A stretch of DNA of 64,000 bases, from the NCBI GenBank assembly GCA_030141605.1, contig JAQGDQ010000007.1, positions 421,173-485,172 on the forward strand. Direction: 5' to 3'. Every line of letters begins with the position of its first letter. The stretch's first letter is position 1. The notes beneath the pieces are model-generated. The model saw only the letters and a program-made list of their open reading frames with translations, was not told the origin of the DNA and made no database searches. This DNA is from Tubiluchus corallicola (lineage: Eukaryota > Animalia > Priapulida). A program made the position numbers and the translations under genes. Shown here piece after piece: positions 59,201 through 64,000 of this stretch.

Positions 59201-62200
59201 GCATTTGTGTTGTTGTTGTTTGTTGTTGTTGTTGTTGTTGTTTGCTGTTGCTGTTGTTTATCAAAAGCAGCATCATTGCTGTTGCTGTTGTTGATGAAGA
59301 TGTTGACTGTGATTATCTTGATGATAACGATAACAGTGACAATGATGTTTTCCTGTTAGAAGAAAATTTGGAAGGAAGTTTAGCCAGAAATTTTTGTATT
59401 CAAGGATTTTTTTGTATTCCTCAAATATTTTTAGGGTTTTGCTACTCTGATAATTAATATTATAAGTACTTTTTTGTTGCTATTGTCTCAAGGCTTGATT
59501 AACTCATTTTTTACACTTTTCAGCTTTAGTATCAGCAGCTGTTAATGAAACTGATTAACTTCATTAAAATCACTAACATTGCGTGTATTGTGTTAGAATT
59601 TTTTGCATTGTCTTTCCTTTTTAACCTGTTGAAAAATAGCCATGGGCTAATGTTGTCCTTAGTAAAATTTTAACAATAGATAAAATTTTTACTACTTGCT
59701 ATTACTACAAGTTTTTATTTTGGTTATTCTGCCTTGCCTAACCAGTGTTTAATTTTTTCTATTGTTCTAGACTTTGTGCCTGGAGAAGAACTGGGAACTG
59801 GTTGCTTTAGACAAATTCAAACAGATGCTTTTGATGAATCTACCATCTTAAGAAGACAAAGCATGTCGGCAAGAATGTGTGTTGGTCACTGCTATGAACT
59901 GGGTATATGTTGTTTAATTTACTTGCTTTACAATTATTCTGGGTGAAATCTACAGTCAAAGTTGTGGTAAATTAGAAAAATTAGTATAATTTCCAAAAAA
60001 AACATAACTTTTGGACACTAAGCATTTATTAATTTCTTTTCTCAAGTCATGATACTACCCTGGTCTCTAATGTGAATTATGCAAGACGTCGTATGTCTAA
60101 TTTAATTAAAAAATGGTATTTTTTCTGTGCTTACCAAAATTATATTGTATTTTACATTGTATTTTAAAAAAGCTTCACACTCATTAAATAAGTCACTTAT
60201 TCCATGCTATGCATCTAATACACTTTTCGTCAGAATATTTGTATGCTCTGTGCAACATTTTCACTGTGGGAATGTGCAATCGGTTGTATTTGTTTAACAT
60301 TTTTAGGTGCAGTAGAGCATGTTGGCTTTGTGCAGGAGAAGTTTCAGTTTAAGTAAAACAAGACCCAATTTGCAAAGTGTTAAAAGAGTTATTGCGTAGA
60401 CCAAAAGTTACATTACAGATTTAGAATTTATAGTTTGCAATGTTTCATGACAGTCACCAATTTCCATTAACTGACCACCTTCAGAGCTTGATGCTGTAAC
60501 CATTGAGTCCCTGTTCTACTTGTAATTTCTTCTTTTATTTTGGAATCCTAATTAGTACAGATATTTGTCAGAAAACATTGCAGTTGTGCAGTAGCAAATA
60601 TTTTGTTTGGATAGTTGATCCTTATTCTCACTCTCATGTGTCTCTGTCTATTTGTCTTTCTGTTTTTATTTTTATTTTTACGCAGAACATGACTTTGCTG
60701 TGTTGACTAATTATGATGAATGTAAGTGCACAAGCAACACAGTTTTCCAAGCTGAAGGTGACACTAAACACTGTGCACCGTGCGGTGGTTCCTGGAATGG
60801 GAGAAACAATCAGTACGGTCTCTGTGGAAGGAAAGGTTACGTCGGCGTGTACAGAGTTTATTCTGGTAGGTTAAGATAGAAATTAAGAAAATATAATTTA
60901 TTGTTTTGCTTCATTCTACTAAATTGCTAAATCAAAGTATTCTAAAATAAACTATAAATCACGGGTTGAGTGTCAGATCCAGCTGTATTTGGATCTTCAA
61001 GTTTTTCACGTTTAAGAGGTTTAAACAATAGTCAGAGACTTTGACTGCTGTTCATCACAGCATATGAACTAACTTGCTTTGCTGCACTCGATTTATGATG
61101 TATGTGACGAAGCTTGCTATAATTCCTGTACAGAGTTATTTAAAAAGATAAAAAATAGCTTATTAAGCAAATTTAACTGCTTTGTTGTACGGAAATTTAT
61201 CTTATTATTGTAACTTGTATAGATTTACTGCATTTGGATTCTTGGAATCTACCGCGTATAGAACGTCCAGTTTATTCAACATGCACTTTCCAAAGTGCTA
61301 ATAAATGGATAAGTTCATCTTCTAGTAGGCATCGTTAATATTTGTATAATCCATACACTTAGCTGATTCTTGGAAACTGTTACAAACTGATCAGATCCAG
61401 TTGAGCCCCACACAAATGCCAATAAGTAGCTCCTCATGATGCTGTTTATCATTGTATTTTTGGCTTTAAAAGCTGTGCTGTAATTCATACGTAATGTCAA
61501 TGTAATCCATTTCAAAAAGCTGTTTTTCAGCTCAGAAATGCTGCAACTATGTAAAACTGGTTCAACTGTGACAAGCTGAAAATGCCTGATTTTGAATATC
61601 TACAACTTTTGAATCACTTTAAGCATTTCACTTATCTGTTGAACTCCACTGAGCTTACGTGTCTTTTCTTTGCAGTATGGAAAGAGGCTCGTCATGAGTA
61701 TAGAGGATGCTGGAGATTCCCATCTACTCTCACTTTTGCGACATCTTTTATTAATATAAATTCCGCCTACGAATGTCTATATAAATGCAATGAACTCAAA
61801 ACAACTCAATCTGAACATTATTTCGTACTTCTTGGCCAACAAAATGGTGACAGCGTCTGTCATTGTGACGACAACTTAGGAACAGGAAATGCTATTGCAC
61901 CTGCTGATTTTTCTTGCAGTAAATGCCCTAATGAAGAAAGTGGTTACTGTGGCATGGATAAAGATGTGTATGCAGTGTATGACACAGGAGGTAACATGCA
62001 TTGACGGAATTATTCAGTATTATATGTAAACTATGTATTTAGTTGTGTATAGGCAATGTTGAGTAGTAAGAATGAGATTTAATATGCTACTAAAATATGC
62101 TATAGGTTACTTACACTTTTTTATTTTGTGTCAAATGTTGGTGAACCCAAGAGTGGATGATATTGCTCACTCATCGGGAAGGTCCGTGTTTCCTTCCGAT

Positions 62201-63090
62201 TCTTGTCAAAATCTATTTTTTGTTTTTGGTTTTTTCATTGCAGAAGCTCGTTCTTATCATGGCTGTTTTGCAAATTATAAAACGGAGTCGTACTATCCTT
62301 TTACTGTGTCACTTGCAAACTTTACCTCTGACTTGGACACTGAATGTCTCACGCTATGTCAAAATAAAGGTTATTACTTTAGCAGTCTTCATTATTTGGA
62401 GACAGACAACTACACTTGTAAGTGTGGCAATGGTTTTCCATTCAAAAGGTTCTCATTAAACTGTGCAAGCTGTACAGAGACAACTCATGGATTTTGTCCG
62501 AAGAAAAATGCAGTTTCTGTTTATGCTACAGAAAGTAAGTTTTGGTCCAGTGTTACTGGGTGTTTATTAAATTTATTTTGAATAAATATTGCACTGGAGT
62601 GTTTACATGTTGATATGCAGTAAATAATTTTGATAGTTTGTGATTTGGCTTATTTTCACTTAACGTAATAATTGTTTTGTTTATTTCTGTTTGGGAAAGC
62701 AGTCTCTAGTAAAATTCATCATAATTTTTTGTGTTTTTATTGTAGATTTTCCAGTTGACTCTGACATGTTAGGCTGCTGGGAAAACAAAGATTCAAAACA
62801 ACCAGACCTGAAAGATAGTCACTTTGAAGTCAAAGACATGACACCAGACAAGTGTGAAACCCACTGTTCTGAAGAGCTGTATGGTTATGCTGGCGTACAG
62901 AATGGTACGCACTGTTACTGTGGCAATATATACGGACATCAGTTGCCTGCAAAAAACCCTTGCAACTATGTCTGTGGTTATGAGAAATATGGCAATTGGA
63001 TCTCGCATGAAACAGAAAACTGCAGTGTTTATGAACAAGACTGTATAAGTTGTGGTGGTAGATGGGCTCTGCAACTACACCCGACCAATG
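270..63090 (+). CDS. Partial giant multi-exon gene (50 exons, ~4201 aa in window) encoding ~40 tandem WSC-like domains; 5' and 3' ends outside window
   Basis: 10 x (A,B,C,D,E) exon cassette. All exons are AG..GT bounded, phase 1-1, with lengths divisible by 3 and no stops. E exons match the WSC pattern LGCW..(L/M)TPEKC..HC..Y.YAGL..G..C.CG..C..C..CGG.WAL.VY. Many N-x-S/T sequons suggest an extracellular protein. Confidence 0.9.
1114..1302 (+). CDS. Exon B1 (C-half of split WSC-like domain)
   Basis: cag|GG..GGC G|gtaagt; 189 nt; ENFAILPSYDECIC..CAPCSGAFSGRNNNFGVCG..VY. Confidence 0.88.
1530..1850 (+). CDS. Exon C1 (WSC-like domain)
   Basis: tag|TG TGG..GGA G|gtagta; 321 nt; VWK..YRGCW..YAVYDTG. 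Confidence 0.9.
1956..2276 (+). CDS. Exon D1 (WSC-like domain)
   Basis: tag|CA CCA..CAA A|gtaagt; 321 nt; APHEYQGCF..CFCGNGFP..VAVY. Confidence 0.9.
2545..2883 (+). CDS. Exon E1 (WSC domain, 10 Cys)
   Basis: tag|AT..AAT G|gtagga; 339 nt; LGCW..MSPEKC..CFCGN..CGGSWALAVY. Confidence 0.92.
3500..3990. repeat. Diverged ~270-bp tandem duplication in a GC-richer intronic island (probable TE remnant)
   Basis: ataggttacagtcagaatagttagcctgcgacc (~3553) vs ataggttacaacgagaatgttaacctgcaacc (~3825); gaaaggtctcaatgag vs gaaaggtgttaatgag. Confidence 0.55.
5104..5229 (+). CDS. Exon A2
   Basis: cag|CA TTT GTA CCA GGA..TTG G|gtatga; 126 nt. Confidence 0.88.
6533..6718 (+). CDS. Exon B2
   Basis: cag|AT CAA GAT TTT..TCT G|gtgagc; 186 nt. 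Confidence 0.9.
7313..7651 (+). CDS. Exon C2
   Basis: tag|TG TGG AAA..GGA G|gtagta; 339 nt; insertion with an extra Cys. Confidence 0.9.
7960..8173. repeat. Diverged direct repeat, period ~133 bp
   Basis: agggctg..aaattttgacct..gagaattagataaataaa occurs twice. Confidence 0.6.
8393..8683 (+). CDS. Exon D2 (absent from ORF track)
   Basis: tag|CA CCA CAT..GAA A|gtgagt; 291 nt; APHEYQGCF..CPGKNAVSVYSTE. Confidence 0.9.
8925..9260 (+). mobile_element. Dispersed repeat, copy 1 (MITE-like); copy 2 at ~58265-58650
   Basis: Shared blocks gacctcgcttt, ctagttgg..tcactttgtttacat..tacatcagtgtaa, tttatatacttttgcat..tttttgagacaat. Confidence 0.6.
9835..10182 (+). CDS. Exon E2
   Basis: cag|AT TAT CCA..AAT G|gtgagc; 348 nt. 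Confidence 0.92.
11027..11158 (+). CDS. Exon A3
   Basis: taag|CC TTT TTG CCA GGA..TCT G|gtataa; 132 nt. Confidence 0.85.
12857..13045 (+). CDS. Exon B3
   Basis: cag|AC CAG GAT..TCT G|gtgagt; 189 nt. Confidence 0.9.
13275..13870 (-). mobile_element. Degenerate RTE-clade LINE fragment with internal deletion
   Basis: Minus-strand YEKAFDHV, VYWNQTTVIR..QGCVLS, YASETWT..KVFEIW, KQLSFFGH; (GAA)n-type 3' tail near 13275-13290. Confidence 0.75.
14393..14707 (+). CDS. Exon C3
   Basis: cag|TG TGG AAT..GGA G|gtaatg; 315 nt. Confidence 0.9.
15617..15907 (+). CDS. Exon D3
   Basis: tag|CA CCA CAT..GAA A|gtgagt; 291 nt. Confidence 0.9.
17772..18095 (+). CDS. Exon E3
   Basis: tag|AT TAT GCA..AAC A|gtaagt; 324 nt. 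Confidence 0.92.
18919..19050 (+). CDS. Exon A4
   Basis: taag|TA TTC CAG CCT GGG..TTT G|gtaggc; 132 nt. Confidence 0.85.
19235..19417 (+). CDS. Exon B4
   Basis: cag|CA CAT GAC..TCT G|gtatgc; 183 nt. Confidence 0.9.
20734..21042 (+). CDS. Exon C4
   Basis: tag|TG TGG AAG..GGA G|gtaatg; 309 nt. Confidence 0.9.
21453..21743 (+). CDS. Exon D4
   Basis: tag|CA CCA CTT..TCG A|gtgagt; 291 nt. Confidence 0.9.
22153..22461 (+). CDS. Exon E4
   Basis: tag|AT TAT GGC..GAT G|gtgagt; 309 nt. Confidence 0.92.
22567..22796. mobile_element. MITE-like ~230-bp fold-back
   Basis: Imperfect inverted arms of at least 80 bp: gtgtactttatt..gtgtaacacgactg..cactttgcttgg / ccaggcaaagtg..cagtcgtgttaca..aataaagtacac. 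Confidence 0.7.
23109..24439. repeat. 46-bp minisatellite, ~29-30 copies
   Basis: Unit taacttaacaaataattgatgcttgataccaagttcactctgctag repeated head-to-tail; two 29-bp truncated units near 23615-23672. Confidence 0.97.
25137..25268 (+). CDS. Exon A5
   Basis: taag|CA TTT ATG TTC GGA..TTG G|gtatgt; 132 nt. Confidence 0.85.
25320..25680 (+). mobile_element. Highly degenerate LINE reverse-transcriptase fragment
   Basis: Frameshifted LSNRRVQV, (I)GVPQG and WGRNWIATFNAKK motifs. Confidence 0.55.
26080..26259 (+). CDS. Exon B5
   Basis: cag|GG CAC AAT..TCA G|gtaggt; 180 nt. Confidence 0.9.
27726..28043 (+). CDS. Exon C5
   Basis: cag|TG TGG AGA..GGA G|gtaatg; 318 nt. Confidence 0.9.
28375..28662 (+). 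CDS. Exon D5
   Basis: cag|CA CCA CAT..GAA A|gtgagt; 288 nt. Confidence 0.9.
28867..29625. mobile_element. Non-autonomous hAT-type element
   Basis: Termini cagagccggctctag / gtagagctggccttg; 8-bp TSD tctatgtg / tctaagtg (7/8 match); gccctaggcaaa / tttgcctag subterminal motifs. Confidence 0.7.
29263..29301. repeat. (TA)n microsatellite
   Basis: ~19 TA units. Confidence 0.95.
29810..31894 (-). mobile_element. PIF/Harbinger-like DNA transposon relic
   Basis: Imperfect TIRs (catgcgattttcagttgtgcaattaaa vs reverse complement catgcacttttcaattgaacaattaaa) flanked by tta/taa. Minus-strand relic MNPNSFDELL..AVTLSYL at ~31480-31600 resembles the Harbinger transposase N-terminus. Confidence 0.55.
32168..32458 (-). 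pseudogene. hAT transposase C-terminal dimerisation-domain fragment (ZMYM1-like)
   Basis: VSVALCERSFSKLKQIKNHMRSTVGQPKLSDLS..FEDVI. Confidence 0.75.
33156..33491 (+). CDS. Exon E5
   Basis: tag|AT TAC GCT..AAT G|gtaaga; 336 nt. Confidence 0.92.
35068..35193 (+). CDS. Exon A6
   Basis: aaag|CT CTT AGT CCT GGA..TTA G|gtatct; 126 nt. Confidence 0.83.
35240..37651. mobile_element. TTAA-flanked Kolobok-like non-autonomous element, long copy (~2.4 kb)
   Basis: ttaa|aggataagaaaa .. tttccttgtcct|ttaa; both ends homologous to the adjacent short copy. Confidence 0.6.
37648..38117. mobile_element. TTAA-flanked Kolobok-like element, short copy (~470 bp)
   Basis: ttaa|aggacaagaaaa .. ttttcttgtcct|ttaa with ~65-bp imperfect TIRs. 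Confidence 0.65.
38758..38943 (+). CDS. Exon B6
   Basis: tag|GT AGA GAT TTT..CAA G|gtaagt; 186 nt. Confidence 0.9.
39165..39479 (+). CDS. Exon C6
   Basis: tag|AG TGG ACT..GGA G|gtagta; 315 nt. Confidence 0.9.
39587..39877 (+). CDS. Exon D6
   Basis: tag|CA CCA CAT..GAA A|gtaaat; 291 nt. Confidence 0.9.
40390..40704 (+). CDS. Exon E6
   Basis: tag|AT TAT CCA..TAC A|gtgaga; 315 nt. Confidence 0.92.
42012..42137 (+). CDS. Exon A7
   Basis: caag|TT TCT GTT CCG GGA..CTC G|gtaagc; 126 nt. Confidence 0.85.
42659..42838 (+). CDS. Exon B7
   Basis: taag|GT TAT GAT TTC..TCT G|gtagga; 180 nt. Confidence 0.86.
43100..44145 (+). mobile_element. 5'-truncated CR1/L2-like LINE fragment
   Basis: DDTVLYKVI..LQAD..NKLALNASK..YKHLGV then LYYSLVWPILEYTASVWSP; decays into 3' region ending at an A-rich/(AAT)n tract; right boundary uncertain. 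Confidence 0.7.
44150..44240. repeat. Compound (GAT)n/(AAT)n/(CAT)n/(ATT)n microsatellite
   Basis: Directly visible. Confidence 0.9.
44388..44714 (+). CDS. Exon C7
   Basis: tag|TT TGG AAA..GGA G|gtaagt; 327 nt. Confidence 0.9.
45501..45791 (+). CDS. Exon D7
   Basis: cag|CA CCA CAT..GAA A|gtaagt; 291 nt. Confidence 0.9.
47051..47398 (+). CDS. Exon E7
   Basis: tag|AT TAT GCA..TAC G|gtgaga; 348 nt; near-identical to E2. Confidence 0.92.
47516..47641 (+). CDS. Exon A8
   Basis: cag|TA TTT GTA CCA GGA..TTA G|gtatga; 126 nt. Confidence 0.88.
48707..48898 (+). CDS. Exon B8
   Basis: cag|AT CAA GGT..TCT G|gtaagt; 192 nt. Confidence 0.9.
49666..49977 (+). CDS. Exon C8
   Basis: tag|TA TGG AAA..GGA G|gtaata; 312 nt. 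Confidence 0.9.
50083..50373 (+). CDS. Exon D8
   Basis: tag|CA CCA CAC..GAC A|gtaagt; 291 nt. Confidence 0.9.
50970..51293 (+). CDS. Exon E8
   Basis: tag|AT TAT CCA..AAC A|gtaagt; 324 nt; near-identical to E3. Confidence 0.92.
51668..51799 (+). CDS. Exon A9
   Basis: taag|TA TTC ACT CCG GGC..CTT G|gtgagc; 132 nt. Confidence 0.85.
52173..52352 (+). CDS. Exon B9
   Basis: cag|AT CAT GAC..TCT G|gtatgt; 180 nt. Confidence 0.9.
53597..53920 (+). CDS. Exon C9
   Basis: tag|TG TGG AAA..GGA G|gtaaca; 324 nt. Confidence 0.9.
55067..55232. repeat. Perfect 82-bp tandem duplication
   Basis: ggttgaggagcgttgttaag..cctttggccatt twice, starting at 55067 and 55149. Confidence 0.95.
56355..56642 (+). CDS. 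Exon D9
   Basis: tag|AT GCA CCT AAC CAT CAA GGA TGC..GAA A|gtaagc; 288 nt. Confidence 0.9.
57898..58233 (+). CDS. Exon E9
   Basis: tag|AT TTT GAG..AGT G|gtgagt; 336 nt. Confidence 0.92.
58265..58650 (+). mobile_element. Dispersed repeat, copy 2 (homologous to ~8925-9260)
   Basis: Same conserved blocks as copy 1. Confidence 0.6.
59205..59250. repeat. (GTT)n microsatellite
   Basis: Directly visible. Confidence 0.9.
59771..59902 (+). CDS. Exon A10
   Basis: tag|AC TTT GTG CCT GGA..CTG G|gtatat; 132 nt. Confidence 0.88.
60686..60865 (+). CDS. Exon B10
   Basis: cag|AA CAT GAC..TCT G|gtaggt; 180 nt. Confidence 0.9.
61676..61990 (+). CDS. Exon C10
   Basis: cag|TA TGG AAA..GGA G|gtaaca; 315 nt. 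Confidence 0.9.
62244..62534 (+). CDS. Exon D10
   Basis: cag|AA GCT CGT..GAA A|gtaagt; 291 nt; NAGNAG acceptor. Confidence 0.9.
62746..63090 (+). CDS. Exon E10
   Basis: tag|AT TTT CCA..AAT G|gtaaga; 345 nt. Confidence 0.92.
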
Positions 63091-63318
63091 GTAAGAATAG
63101 CTCACTGATTTTTACAGTGTTTCACATTTGTGAAAAGCAGCTTGCAGGAAATATTTTGCCCAGTTTGACGTAAATGTATTTAACTATTGTATTTCGAATT
63201 TGCTATAACTAGTAGAAATGATGGTGCCTTGCTCCAAGATCTCAAGGGGATTCACATTGATGGGTTTATACCAGAGAATTAATACTTATAAGCAGTAGTA
63301 TTAATAATTATACTTACA

Positions 63319-64000
63319 GGCAGTAGAGCTCTGGGTGCCTTGATTGGTAAATATAAAAAGTTAAATGGGCTGGGTTATTATTCTTTTACTAAGTTATTCA
63401 ATGCAGGTGTATGTCCTATACTTGATTATGGTTCAGAAGTATGGGGATATAACAAGTACCCTAAAATTGATACTGTCCAGAATAAGGCATTAAGAATATT
63501 TCTTGGTGTTCATAATTTTGCTGCTAATCAATGTATACAGGGTGATATGGGATGGTCACCATCTTCAGTTAGAAGAAAGTTATCTATGATAAGGTATTGG
63601 AATCGTCTTTTAACATTTGATAATTCTAGACTTGTTAAGAGAATATTTCTTTGGGACCGTAATGCCAACGTTGGTTGGTCATATGAAATTTCTAAAGTAC
63701 TAGAGGAAGCAGGGTTCCAGCAAGCTTTTGTTAATATGGATACTGTACCTCTTAGCAGAGCATGGGCACAGCTGTATGAGAAACACTGTGTTGATTGGAA
63801 AGCAAAAAATGCAGATTACCCCAAACTTAGAACATATATATTGTATAAGAACAGCTTTGGAGTAGAACCATATGTTTATATTAATATGCAAGGAAAATAC
63901 AGGTCTGCGCTTGCAAAGCTAAGAAGTGGTACTCTTCCCCTGGAACTGGAGCATGGTAGGTTTAGAAATGTTAAGGTTGGTGAACGTTTGTGTAAGATAT
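63319..64000 (+). mobile_element. 5'-truncated LINE, ORF2 C-terminal region, reading frame open to window end
   Basis: ~227 stop-free codons: GSRALGALI..VCPILDYGSEVWG..VQNKALRIFLGVH..GDMGW..RYWNRL..PKLRTY..RSALAKLRSGTLPLELEHGRF..RLCKI. Confidence 0.8.

Noticed and set aside
59188-59457. Poly-Cys/acidic ORF as a metallothionein-like gene
   Set aside because: It is the translation of (GTT)n/(GAT)n simple repeats.
9835-61990. Period-5 similarity as a haplotype duplication or misassembly
   Set aside because: Paired introns differ in length and TE content, and most paired exons are far too diverged to be alleles.
270-63090. Ten separate tandem paralogous genes
   Set aside because: No start, signal-peptide or stop exon is visible between E and the next A. 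E donors and A acceptors are phase-compatible, and E7-A8 are only 117 nt apart.
270-63090. Dscam-style mutually exclusive exon clusters
   Set aside because: Paralogous exons are interleaved (ABCDE)n rather than clustered (AAA..BBB..), and I saw no docking/selector elements.
270-63090. Assigning a gene symbol (KREMEN, WSCD, PKD1, oxt)
   Set aside because: None of their companion domains (kringle/CUB, sulfotransferase, PKD/REJ, glycosyltransferase) occurs in the window.
130-63891. ORF-track entries as stand-alone small genes
   Set aside because: The Cys-rich + strand ORFs are exons read into flanking intron with spurious starts and stops. Overlapping minus-strand and alternative-frame ORFs are shadows with no recognisable motifs.

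Overview
AT-rich eukaryotic genomic DNA (invertebrate-like; taxon not determinable). No prokaryotic features. The window is the interior of one giant + strand spliced gene. It contains 50 GT-AG exons arranged as 10 consecutive copies of a 5-exon cassette (A-B-C-D-E). Every exon is phase 1-1, a multiple of 3 long and free of in-frame stops. Together they splice into a 12,603-nt (4,201-codon) open frame with no start or stop in the window. Each cassette encodes four Cys-rich WSC-like (carbohydrate-binding-type) domains: one split over exons A+B and one each in C, D and E, giving about 40 tandem domains. The array shows a higher-order period-5 duplication, exon-limited near-identity (E2/E7, E3/E8) suggesting gene conversion, and recurrently weak splice sites on exon A. 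Introns hold LINE relics, hAT-, Harbinger- and Kolobok-like DNA transposon remnants, a MITE-like fold-back, a 46-bp minisatellite and microsatellites. Exon boundaries and alignments were read by eye. Domain and TE family names rest on motif recognition, not database searches.
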